The notes below the pieces were generated by a model. That model was not told where the DNA came from. It was given only the letters and a program-made list of their open reading frames with translations, and did not search any database. From Bacteroidaceae bacterium (GTDB lineage Bacteria > Bacteroidota > Bacteroidia > Bacteroidales > Bacteroidaceae), in assembly GCA_045654645.1 (NCBI GenBank), contig JAZONR010000023.1:730-64729 (forward strand): DNA of 64,000 nucleotides, in the 5' to 3' direction. Positions 54,348 to 62,687 of the stretch are shown piece by piece. The position numbers and the translations under genes were made by a program. The stretch's first letter is position 1, and each line of letters starts with the position of its first letter.

Positions 54348-55385
54348 ATGAAACTCTACAAACTACCACAAGAATACACACCACTGCTCGACCTGAAGCA
54401 GACCGAACTGGCCATTAAACAGATAAAAGAGACATTCCAGCAGAATCTCTCTTCTTCATTGCGCCTGCGCCGTGTAACAGCGCCCCTTTTCGTGCTTCAA
54501 GGACGCGGACTCAACGACGACCTCAACGGCTACGAGAATGCCGTAAGCTTCCCCATTCAGGATATGGGCGGTGCTGTGGCCGAGGTGGTACACTCGCTGG
54601 CAAAATGGAAACGTGTAACACTGGCCGACTATAGCATAGCGCAAGGCTATGGAATATATACCGATATGAACGCCATACGCGCACACGAAGAGCTGGACAA
54701 CCTGCACTCGCTCTACGTGGACCAGTGGGACTGGGAACGAGTAATAAGCAAGGAAGAGCGCTCTATTACATTCCTGCGTCGTATAGTAAATGATATCTAT
54801 TCTGCCATATTGCACACAGAGTTTGCACTTAGCGAAAGCTATCCACAGCTTAGGCCATCGCTACCCGGGAGACCCACATTCATACACAGCGAGGAACTTC
54901 GCCTGAAATACCCCACCCTCACCCCAAAAGAGCGCGAGGAGGCCATCACCAAGGAGCACGGCGCAGTGTTCATCATTGGCATTGGCAACGAGCTTGGCGA
55001 CGGCGAGCCGCACGACAACCGTGCCCCGGACTACGACGACTACAGCACTCTCAACGAAGATGGTTTCTATGGCCTCAACGGCGACCTTATGATTTGGAGT
55101 GATGTTCTTGGAAAGGCTATGGAGCTCTCATCAATGGGCATACGCGTAGACAAGGAAGCACTGTTGCACCAACTGAAAAAATCGGGCAAAGAGGAGCGTA
55201 AAGAGCTCTACTTCCACAGCCGTATGCTCAATGACGAACTTCCCTTGAGCATTGGCGGCGGTATTGGACAGTCGCGTCTGTGTATGCTGCTCCTTAAAAA
55301 GGCACACATTGGCGAGATACAGTCAAGCATCTGGCCCCAGGAGATGCGCGAAGAGTGTAAGGCAATGAATATTCCTCTCATATAA
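54348..55385 (+). CDS. asnA: Aspartate--ammonia ligase (asparagine synthetase A)
   Basis: Begins MKLYKLPQEYTPLLDLKQTELAIKQIKETFQQNLSSSLRLRRVTAPLF. It also contains QWDWERV and GGGIGQSRLCMLLL. The ORF-track start 54330 is TTG. Confidence 0.9.
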   Translation: MKLYKLPQEYTPLLDLKQTELAIKQIKETFQQNLSSSLRLRRVTAPLFVLQGRGLNDDLNGYENAVSFPIQDMGGAVAEVVHSLAKWKRVTLADYSIAQGYGIYTDMNAIRAHEELDNLHSLYVDQWDWERVISKEERSITFLRRIVNDIYSAILHTEFALSESYPQLRPSLPGRPTFIHSEELRLKYPTLTPKEREEAITKEHGAVFIIGIGNELGDGEPHDNRAPDYDDYSTLNEDGFYGLNGDLMIWSDVLGKAMELSSMGIRVDKEALLHQLKKSGKEERKELYFHSRMLNDELPLSIGGGIGQSRLCMLLLKKAHIGEIQSSIWPQEMREECKAMNIPLI

Positions 55386-55396
55386 ACAATAATGAT

Positions 55397-56062
55397 ATGG
55401 AGGTAAGGATTGAGGAGAGTTGGAAGCATATTCTTGCTTCTGAATTCAACAAGGAGTATTTCAAGCGTCTCACTGCATTTGTGAGAGAAGAGTATAGCGG
55501 CCCCACTCCGATATACCCGCCCGCAGGGCTCATATTCAACGCTTTCGACCACTGCCCATTTGACAAGGTGAAAGTTGTTATCCTTGGACAGGACCCCTAT
55601 CACGGCATAGGGCAGGCAAACGGCCTCTGTTTCTCTGTGAACAAAGGAGTTCCCTTTCCGCCATCGCTGCTCAACATATTCAAAGAGATTGAAAGCGACC
55701 TGGGCACGCCAATTCCACAGGACGGAGACCTCACCCGTTGGAGCGACCAAGGAGTGTTGCTGCTCAACGCCACTCTGACCGTGCGCGCCTCACAGGCCGG
55801 TTCTCACCAGAAGAAAGGGTGGGAGGAGTTTACCGACGCTGCCATTCGCGAACTTGCATCGCGCCGCGAAGGGCTTGTATTCATCTTGTGGGGAAGCTAT
55901 GCACAGAAGAAAGGCGCCTTCATCGACCGCAGCAGACACCTTGTGCTGACATCGCCACACCCATCCCCCTTATCGGCCTATCAGGGCTTCTTTGGCAACC
56001 ACCACTTTAGCAAGGCCAACAGCTACCTCAAAGAGAAGGGATTGAAAGAGATTGTTTGGTAA
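55397..56062 (+). CDS. ung: Uracil-DNA glycosylase (family 1)
   Basis: 221 aa with VVILGQDPYHG, LLLNATLTV and SPHPSPLSA. Confidence 0.95.
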   Translation: MEVRIEESWKHILASEFNKEYFKRLTAFVREEYSGPTPIYPPAGLIFNAFDHCPFDKVKVVILGQDPYHGIGQANGLCFSVNKGVPFPPSLLNIFKEIESDLGTPIPQDGDLTRWSDQGVLLLNATLTVRASQAGSHQKKGWEEFTDAAIRELASRREGLVFILWGSYAQKKGAFIDRSRHLVLTSPHPSPLSAYQGFFGNHHFSKANSYLKEKGLKEIVW

Positions 56063-56075
56063 CCACACCTTATAA

Positions 56076-56109
56076 TATACAGCGGAACGGCTTGCCGTTC
56101 CGCTGTATA
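56076..56109. terminator. Bidirectional hairpin terminator
   Basis: Perfect 15-bp stem (tatacagcggaacgg / ccgttccgctgtata) with a 4-nt loop. Confidence 0.85.
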
Positions 56110-56128
56110 CTATTTATAAATGACTTCG

Positions 56129-58849
56129 CTAGTCATTATACCACTCAATATTCGAGCTACTGCTGCTACGCTTGTCTATTTTCAGCACATCGGCCAACAT
56201 CTGCGATGTTGCACGGAAACTGAAGTTGAATGAGGTGTAGGGCGACAGCACAATACCGCACGACATCTCAAAGCAGTGCAAGTCGCGGGAAATATTCATT
56301 GTTGTAGTTGTGAGTTTTTTATACTCGAAATTGTATCCCGAAGCAAAGTTTATGCGCCAGTTGTCGGAGATGCCTATGCTGCCCGAGAAGTTGAGGTTTT
56401 GTGTAAACTTATAGGGGTAGCGCATTTTGCTTATATCAATCTTGGCCGACCTATCCTCGGACATATTTATACCATAGGAAACAGAGAGGCTCCAAGGGAA
56501 TTTGAAGGGCATATATCCATCGGAATCCACATCTGCCTTTTTACTCTTATCCTCGGTGTTACGGCGGCTCTTTCCCTTCTTGGCTTCCGGCTTTTGACCC
56601 TGCGCCGGCTTATCTTTGATATCGCCATCCTTTTCTTTGCCAAACTTGCCGGCTATCCACTCCTTTATTTTGGTATATGTCTGGTTGTTGAATGTGTAGG
56701 AGAGATTTTGGCTCATACCCTGGAAACGGCCAAAGCGGCCATAGGACCACTCGGTCCTGTCGCCCACCACAACCTGTCCGCGGTCGTTGAATGTATAGGC
56801 ATACGTGGCCCACGTTGCATTGAAGCTGAATGTATAGCTTTTTGTAAGCTTGAGCCTCAAGCGTGTGGAGAGGTTGCTCCAAGGCCTTGTTTTTGCAGCA
56901 AGGTTATAGGATAGCGACGCTCCAAGCTCATCAATAAGACTCACCTTTTTTAACGAGTCGGTCTTTGTGCGCCACTTCATCTCCAGATTGTTACTTATAC
57001 TCAATGAGATGCTTCCCGTCTTGCCCTTGCCGGGAATTCCATAGAGCGAACCCTGATAGGGAGAATACTCTACCGTGCGCACCTCGCCATCCTCATCGGT
57101 GTAGACATAGGTATCGTAATACTCATACCTCTCATCGCCAAAATCGGGAGCGTAGCTGAACGAAAGCGAGGGCTTGAAGACGTGGCGCACCGTGTGTATA
57201 CGACTCTTCTTCATAAAGCCCGCAGGCTTATAGAAACCATAGAGTGTGGTATTGGCCGACAGCGACATATTGTAGTTATAGACCCTGTGGAAGCCATTGA
57301 TTGTGTCGCGCGCCACACTGTTTGTGGCATAGTCCCACTGCTGATTGACCTTTTTGAAATACCAGCGCTCGGTATAATTGAAGCTTGGGGTTATGTTTAT
57401 GTGGTCAAAGAGTTGGAACGTAGCACTTATGGGGATATTATGCTTTACACCGTTGTTCCAGTCGTTGAGGATATTGGACTGTAGTATGCGATCCTCCTTT
57501 GCAGTGATGCTGTTGCTCAACTGTCCGCTGTAGGAGAGTGAGATTTTCTCATACCAGCGCTCATCACCCTTGCGTTTTCTGCGCTTGAAAGGGTATTTCT
57601 TGGAGAGCGACACATTGAGACTGGGCAGATTGAGCGAGAGGATAGAATCCCTCATATTCTGCGATATGTTCATAGACGTTGAGAGTGTGAGACCTATCGA
57701 GGGGAATGTGTGCGAGTAGCTCACACTCGATGTTCTCATACTTTGCGACCTGAGAGCCGGATTATAGAGGCTGTTGAGATTGGAACGCTCATAATTAGCT
57801 GTGGAGAAATTGACGCTGGCCGAGAAGTTGCTGTTGGGGCGTGCCTTGGAATCCTGCCTATGGCTCCACATAATGCGAAAGTTCTTGCCGACAGCATAGT
57901 CGGGCAATCCCTTCTCACCTGTTTTTGTTACCAGATAGCTCATATCGAAACTGCCCGAGAACTTATACCTCTTGGCATAGGAAGATGCAGCGCCCACGCC
58001 CCACGAGCCCTTGGTGTAGATCTCTCCGGTGAGGCGAAGGTCAAACTTATCACTTATTGCGAAATAGTAGCCACCGTTGCGAAGATAGAAACCGCGCTCT
58101 GTTTCATCGCCATAGGTTGGCATTATGAAGCCCGACGAATAGCTGCTTGTAAAGGGGAAATAGCCAAACGGCAGCGCAAGCGGCAAGGGGACATCGGCCA
58201 CAACAAGATAGAGCGGACCCGACACCACATCCTTCTTGGGGCGCACCTTGGCACGCGTGAGCTTCACATAGAAGTGAGGATGAGAAGCATCGCAAGTAGT
58301 GTACATACCATCTTGGGAGTAGAAGACATTTGTAGAATCTTTTTTCGCCTTTCCACCCATTATAAAGCCGTCGCCCTGCTGAGTGAACACGTTGCTTATG
58401 AAGCCTTTACGACTCTTGAAGTTGTAGCTTATCCTGTCCGACTCATAGGGGGTGCCGCCATCGACAAAGACCGGCAGACCGCTTATCACGCCAAGAGAAT
58501 CGGCACTGCCCACTGCGTGCACCAGGCTGCTGTCCATATTCATTGATATGATATTGGCAGTGAGTTCAATCTTGTCATACTTGACCTTGCCGCTACCATA
58601 GAGATAGGCATTTCCGTTGGTAGACCACACCATAGAGTCGGTGCTTTCATAGTAGACGGGAGCATCAATGGCGTCTTTCTTGGGAGCCTTCACCGAGTCG
58701 GCCACAACCACCGAGTCGGCCGCAAGTGAATCGGCAGACAAGCTATGGACCGGCAAAAACGGCAATTGCAGTTCAGCGGCCGATGCCACGAATGGCAGGA
58801 CCAACAGCAATAACGCCATCAAGAAAGCCCTCATTATTCTATGCTCCAT
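56129..58849 (-). CDS. lptD: LptD/OstA-like LPS-assembly outer-membrane protein
   Basis: 906 aa with a signal peptide (…LLLLVLPFVASA) and an OstA-like N-terminal jellyroll (VYYESTDSMVW...YGSGKVKYDKIELTANIISM). A very large beta-barrel follows. Confidence 0.7.
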   Translation of the reverse strand: MEHRIMRAFLMALLLLVLPFVASAAELQLPFLPVHSLSADSLAADSVVVADSVKAPKKDAIDAPVYYESTDSMVWSTNGNAYLYGSGKVKYDKIELTANIISMNMDSSLVHAVGSADSLGVISGLPVFVDGGTPYESDRISYNFKSRKGFISNVFTQQGDGFIMGGKAKKDSTNVFYSQDGMYTTCDASHPHFYVKLTRAKVRPKKDVVSGPLYLVVADVPLPLALPFGYFPFTSSYSSGFIMPTYGDETERGFYLRNGGYYFAISDKFDLRLTGEIYTKGSWGVGAASSYAKRYKFSGSFDMSYLVTKTGEKGLPDYAVGKNFRIMWSHRQDSKARPNSNFSASVNFSTANYERSNLNSLYNPALRSQSMRTSSVSYSHTFPSIGLTLSTSMNISQNMRDSILSLNLPSLNVSLSKKYPFKRRKRKGDERWYEKISLSYSGQLSNSITAKEDRILQSNILNDWNNGVKHNIPISATFQLFDHINITPSFNYTERWYFKKVNQQWDYATNSVARDTINGFHRVYNYNMSLSANTTLYGFYKPAGFMKKSRIHTVRHVFKPSLSFSYAPDFGDERYEYYDTYVYTDEDGEVRTVEYSPYQGSLYGIPGKGKTGSISLSISNNLEMKWRTKTDSLKKVSLIDELGASLSYNLAAKTRPWSNLSTRLRLKLTKSYTFSFNATWATYAYTFNDRGQVVVGDRTEWSYGRFGRFQGMSQNLSYTFNNQTYTKIKEWIAGKFGKEKDGDIKDKPAQGQKPEAKKGKSRRNTEDKSKKADVDSDGYMPFKFPWSLSVSYGINMSEDRSAKIDISKMRYPYKFTQNLNFSGSIGISDNWRINFASGYNFEYKKLTTTTMNISRDLHCFEMSCGIVLSPYTSFNFSFRATSQMLADVLKIDKRSSSSSNIEWYND

Positions 58850-58874
58850 TTATGATACAATCAAATACAATGTG

Positions 58875-58882
58875 CAAAATTA
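58875..58882 (-). promoter_or_regulatory. -7 promoter box TAATTTTG for the lptD-like gene
   Basis: Exact TAnnTTTG 26 nt upstream of ATG 58849. Confidence 0.5.
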
Positions 58883-59003
58883 CTAAAAAAGGGGAACTAT
58901 TCTTTACTTTTTAAGATAAAAAATATTATTAAAATAAAATGCGCGCGATAAAGCATTGAAAAAGAGCCTCAACAGGCATCTCGCAAAAGCTGACGACACG
59001 CGG

Positions 59004-59543
59004 TCAAAGAAACATCCCGGCCCATTCAAGCACCTTGGCTGCCGACTCGTCGGAAATTTTGCGCATACTCTCCACAACCTGGTCCAGCGTACGTCGCTGC
59101 TCAAGGAATTTTGTCTTTGAATAGAACTTGTCGGCAAAGCACACCAGCTGTTCCTCAACAGTTTCCGGGACAAAATCCTTTACCGGCAAATTCCAACCGT
59201 TGGCCACAATTTGCTCCTTAGTCAGGCCGGTGCCGGTGTGGCGTTCACAAACCCTCGCGTGGCGTTCAAGCCCCAGCCCGCGCAGCAGTTCTGCTCCCAG
59301 ATAGCCGTGGCACAAGTAAGACTCTGTACCATAACAATGTATGCGCGGGGCATCGGTCAAGAAAATGCCAAGGTCGTGCAACATTGCAGCCTCATTCACA
59401 AACTGTGTGTCAATATTCAATTCGGGATGACGGGCTGCCATCTCAAGCGCCCAATCGGCCACGGCACGAGCGTGTATTTTGTAAATATTTTTCAATTCAT
59501 TTTCCTGTGGATACCACCTGTCTATTATCTCATTTACATCCAT
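59004..59543 (-). CDS. HD-domain phosphohydrolase, unknown substrate
   Basis: 179 aa from ATG 59543 (MDVNEIIDRW...) with ...AAMLHDLG (HD motif) and CERHTGTG. The TATCTTCG box 19 nt upstream supports this start over 59654. Confidence 0.7.
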   Translation of the reverse strand: MDVNEIIDRWYPQENELKNIYKIHARAVADWALEMAARHPELNIDTQFVNEAAMLHDLGIFLTDAPRIHCYGTESYLCHGYLGAELLRGLGLERHARVCERHTGTGLTKEQIVANGWNLPVKDFVPETVEEQLVCFADKFYSKTKFLEQRRTLDQVVESMRKISDESAAKVLEWAGMFL

Positions 59544-59561
59544 AAATTCACCGGTTTTGCA

Positions 59562-59569
59562 CGAAGATA
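59562..59569 (-). promoter_or_regulatory. -7 promoter box TATCTTCG for the HD-domain gene
   Basis: Exact octamer 19 nt upstream of ATG 59543. Confidence 0.45.
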
Positions 59570-59674
59570 GGAATTTTGGGCACCACCTCAAAGAATAACA
59601 GCAAAAAAGAGCACAAACCGGGAGTTGAAATATAAGATTTTTATTACTTAACATAAAATTATAGAATAAATAAC

Positions 59675-59682
59675 TATATTTG
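59675..59682 (+). promoter_or_regulatory. -7 promoter box TATATTTG for the VTC operon
   Basis: Exact TAnnTTTG 30 nt upstream of ATG 59712. Confidence 0.5.
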
Positions 59683-59711
59683 CGAAGTATAGCAATGCTA
59701 CAGCAACAGAT

Positions 59712-60473
59712 ATGGCAAACAAAATCCTGGAAAAAGCGCTAAGACTCCCCCCCATCACCCTCGAGGAGATGTCGGGGATAAAACTTATGAACAGAACCGA
59801 CACCAAGTTTGTAGCCACCACAGAACAGCTTTACGCATTTCTAACCGCCGTAGAGGGCAAGTACTACATTCAAGAGATTGACGGGAGCCGCATCGCAAGC
59901 TACCACACAACCTATTTCGACACCCCCGACTACCAAATGTACAACATACATCATTGCGGGCGCAAGGTGAGAGAGAAAATAAGAGTGCGCACCTATGTAG
60001 ACAGTGGCGACACCTTTCTTGAAGTGAAGAACAAGAACAACCACGGTCGCACAAAAAAGAAACGCATACCAATAGCCTCTCTCTTGGGAATAGCCGATGA
60101 GCGCGCAAGCATAGACCCGTTTATGGGAAAGCACGCCTGGTACACACTCGATGATATTTCGCCGGCGATTGAAAATTGGTTCAACCGCATAACACTTGTG
60201 AACTACAAGAAAACCGAGAGACTCACCATTGACTTTAATTTGAGGTTTCACCACCTTAAGAGTGATGGGCACAACCAACTGCAGAAAACAGCCATCATTG
60301 AGTTGAAGCGCGACGGCAACGTTCCCTCGCCCGCCCTTGCATTGCTGCGGGACGTGCGCATCAAGCGCTCGGGCTTCAGCAAATATTGCATCGGCAGCGC
60401 GCTCACCAACAGCAAACTCAAGCGCAACAATTTCAAGGAGAGGCTCAGAATGATTGAAAAAATGGAAAAATGA
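59712..60473 (+). CDS. Stand-alone VTC-domain protein (triphosphate tunnel metalloenzyme fold, polyphosphate-polymerase-like)
   Basis: 253 aa with no signal peptide or TM helix. Motifs are NRTDTKF, YFDT, KIRVRTY, FLEVKNK, RLTIDFNLRF, IIELK and GFSKY, in the order expected for the Vtc4-type catalytic tunnel. Confidence 0.75.
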   Translation: MANKILEKALRLPPITLEEMSGIKLMNRTDTKFVATTEQLYAFLTAVEGKYYIQEIDGSRIASYHTTYFDTPDYQMYNIHHCGRKVREKIRVRTYVDSGDTFLEVKNKNNHGRTKKKRIPIASLLGIADERASIDPFMGKHAWYTLDDISPAIENWFNRITLVNYKKTERLTIDFNLRFHHLKSDGHNQLQKTAIIELKRDGNVPSPALALLRDVRIKRSGFSKYCIGSALTNSKLKRNNFKERLRMIEKMEK

Positions 60474-60495
60474 TAACAACAAACAAAACCTTAAT

Positions 60496-61350
60496 ATGAA
60501 AAAAATCACAACACTATTGCTTCTATGCTTTGCGTTGCTTGCCCCCTTCAATGCGCAGGCAACCACAACTGCCACTGCACAGCGTTCGGTGATAGTTGCC
60601 GAGATGCTCAACGAGAATGAAGCCATCGACGATTTCAACGATGATGATGACAAAAATGCGAAAATGTCTATCTCGCTAAAGGGTAAAAAGCTGAGCAGCA
60701 ACGTATTCTTCGACACAGAGCACATCAAAGATTTGCTAATTGCCTTCTTTGTGAACCTCATTGCCATAATGATAGTTGTGCGCGGGCTCTACTACCCCAA
60801 ATGTAAGCGAGGAGAGTTCTTCTTTACATACGTGCTCATTGCCATAAGCACCTTTATGCTCATATATGTGCTTGGCGACGTAAAACTGAAGGCCGGCATA
60901 GCATTGGGATTGTTTGCAATATTCAGCATCATACGCTACCGCACCGAGCAAGTTGCTATCAGAGAGATGACCTACTTGTTCATCATCATTGCCATTAGCG
61001 CCATCAATGGCCTAACGGTTAGCGAACTGAGCCTTGGTGAGGTGCTGATTATCAACCTTCTCTTCATATCCTCGATATGGATATGCGAGAGCAAGCTGCT
61101 CATCAGCCACTACTCATACAAGGTCATAAAATATGACAATGTGAGCCTCATCACCCCCGACAAGCGTCAGGAGCTGATTGCCGACCTTGAGAGACGCACC
61201 GGCCTTAAGATTGAAAAGGTTGAGGTGGGCGCCATTGATTTCCTCAAAGACGCAGCCATCATAAAAATGTACTACAAGAGCAACGAGGCTAACAATTCAG
61301 TGGATACAACATTAAAAACACCTACCGATGAATACAAACTCAAGAACTAA
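60496..61350 (+). CDS. DUF4956-like polytopic membrane protein with N-terminal signal peptide and acidic segment
   Basis: 284 aa from ATG 60496. The start is MKKITTLLLLCFALLAPFNAQA, followed by DDFNDDDDKN. Five hydrophobic helices include ...FAIFSIIRYRTEQVAIREMTYLFIII... An 80-aa soluble tail follows. Confidence 0.65.
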   Translation: MKKITTLLLLCFALLAPFNAQATTTATAQRSVIVAEMLNENEAIDDFNDDDDKNAKMSISLKGKKLSSNVFFDTEHIKDLLIAFFVNLIAIMIVVRGLYYPKCKRGEFFFTYVLIAISTFMLIYVLGDVKLKAGIALGLFAIFSIIRYRTEQVAIREMTYLFIIIAISAINGLTVSELSLGEVLIINLLFISSIWICESKLLISHYSYKVIKYDNVSLITPDKRQELIADLERRTGLKIEKVEVGAIDFLKDAAIIKMYYKSNEANNSVDTTLKTPTDEYKLKN

Positions 61351-62209
61351 AAGAGGAGTGGCCGGCTGCCTGCTGATGGCACTGTTCGCCCTTGCCCCAC
61401 TATGCAACATCAACGCGCAGGAGAGCGATGACTTCGGCGTTTGGGCAACATTCGAGGCTTCTAAAAAGATAAACAAGAAATTCAAAGCAGGAATTGACGC
61501 CGAGGTGCGCACAATGGATGCTGTGAACAGCCTGGAACGCATTGCTGTGGGAGCTAAAATCGACTACAAGATATGCAGTTTCAAGGATTTCGGCTATAAG
61601 GATAGCGACAAATTCGAATTGAAGGCAAACGTTGGTTACATATTCTTCCACAACCAATATCCCGAGAGCAAAAGCATAAAATGGGATGAGCCCACCTATT
61701 CGGGAGAGGATATTTTGTATGGCTACAACATCGACCACGCCTATAGCGCCCTGCGCAACCGCGTCTACATCACACTGAGTGGTGAATACAAGATAGGACG
61801 TTTTGAAATTGGGTTGAGAGAGAGGCTGCAGTATACCCACACCTCTGCTGCAACTACCAATGAAACAAAATACCGTTGGGAGTGCACCGACATCCTGAAC
61901 GAAATATATGAGTTAGGCTCTGAAACAGAACCCGAGCTGAAGGAGGCTAAAGATAACCTCTCTCTGCGCTCAAGACTCAATATAAAATACGATATTCCCA
62001 ATTGCAAGGTAAACCCGTTTGCATCGGTTGAGCTATACACACGCCTCGATGAATGGAAAGGCTATGACAAAATGCGTTACCGCATTGGTGGAAGCTACAA
62101 GATAAACAAGAAGAATTCTATCTCATTGTACTATCTCTATGAGGATGTAAACGACATTGAGGAGCCCGGCACACACGCTGTAGGGCTTGAATACTCGATA
62201 GACCTTTAA
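61328..62209 (+). CDS. DUF2490-like outer-membrane beta-barrel protein
   Basis: 293 aa. The signal peptide ends ...LAPLCNINA/QE. Amphipathic strands alternate (FGVWATFEASKKI, KANVGYIFF, RVYITLSGEYKI, ISLYYLY, VGLEYSIDL). The start overlaps the preceding gene by 23 nt. Confidence 0.6.
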   Translation: MNTNSRTKRGVAGCLLMALFALAPLCNINAQESDDFGVWATFEASKKINKKFKAGIDAEVRTMDAVNSLERIAVGAKIDYKICSFKDFGYKDSDKFELKANVGYIFFHNQYPESKSIKWDEPTYSGEDILYGYNIDHAYSALRNRVYITLSGEYKIGRFEIGLRERLQYTHTSAATTNETKYRWECTDILNEIYELGSETEPELKEAKDNLSLRSRLNIKYDIPNCKVNPFASVELYTRLDEWKGYDKMRYRIGGSYKINKKNSISLYYLYEDVNDIEEPGTHAVGLEYSIDL

Positions 62210-62228
62210 GGAATAAAACTACAGCTAT

Positions 62229-62687
62229 ATGAAAAAAATATTGACTATCCTGCTTCTGCTTACGGCCACACTCACTGCAAGCGCACAGCAGATGCGCATT
62301 GACAAAGGCTACAACAACGAACAGGTTATAGCACTTGTCGATTTCAAGCAGATAACATTCGACGGTGCAACCGTAAACATTGAGCTCACTGACGGAACAA
62401 CAGAAAGCGCAACAATGGAGGAGATACACGGAATATATTTTGGCGATTTCACATCCATTGAAGAGGGCGTTCCCGCAGGCGAAGAGTTCATAAGCTATCT
62501 GTCGGCCGACTGCATTTCGGTAAACTGCAGCGCCGGAACAGTGATTACAATATATAGCCCTACCGGCTCACTGTTGCTGCACACACGCCGGCAGAGCGAT
62601 GCCGGCAGCATAAGCATTGCCAACCTGCCACGCGGCATCTACATTGTAAAGGCTAATGAAAAAAGTGCAAAAATAATAAGAAGATGA
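62229..62687 (+). CDS. Small secreted protein with T9SS (Por) C-terminal sorting domain
   Basis: 152 aa with signal peptide MKKILTILLLLTATLTASA/QQ. The C-terminal about 75 aa (...VITIYSPTGSLLLHT...ISIANLPRGIYIVKANEKSAKIIRR) match the type A T9SS CTD pattern. Confidence 0.75.
   Translation: MKKILTILLLLTATLTASAQQMRIDKGYNNEQVIALVDFKQITFDGATVNIELTDGTTESATMEEIHGIYFGDFTSIEEGVPAGEEFISYLSADCISVNCSAGTVITIYSPTGSLLLHTRRQSDAGSISIANLPRGIYIVKANEKSAKIIRR

Noticed and set aside
54115-54384. 89-aa minus-strand ORF upstream of asnA
   Set aside because: It is the complement of the A/C-rich asnA leader, giving a Val/Cys/Leu/Phe-rich artefact. It overlaps the tRNA promoter box and the asnA start.
59841-60767. 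308-aa antisense ORF spanning the VTC and DUF4956 genes
   Set aside because: It runs opposite two genes with clear family motifs and crosses their intergenic gap. The product has no recognisable features, so it is a shadow ORF.
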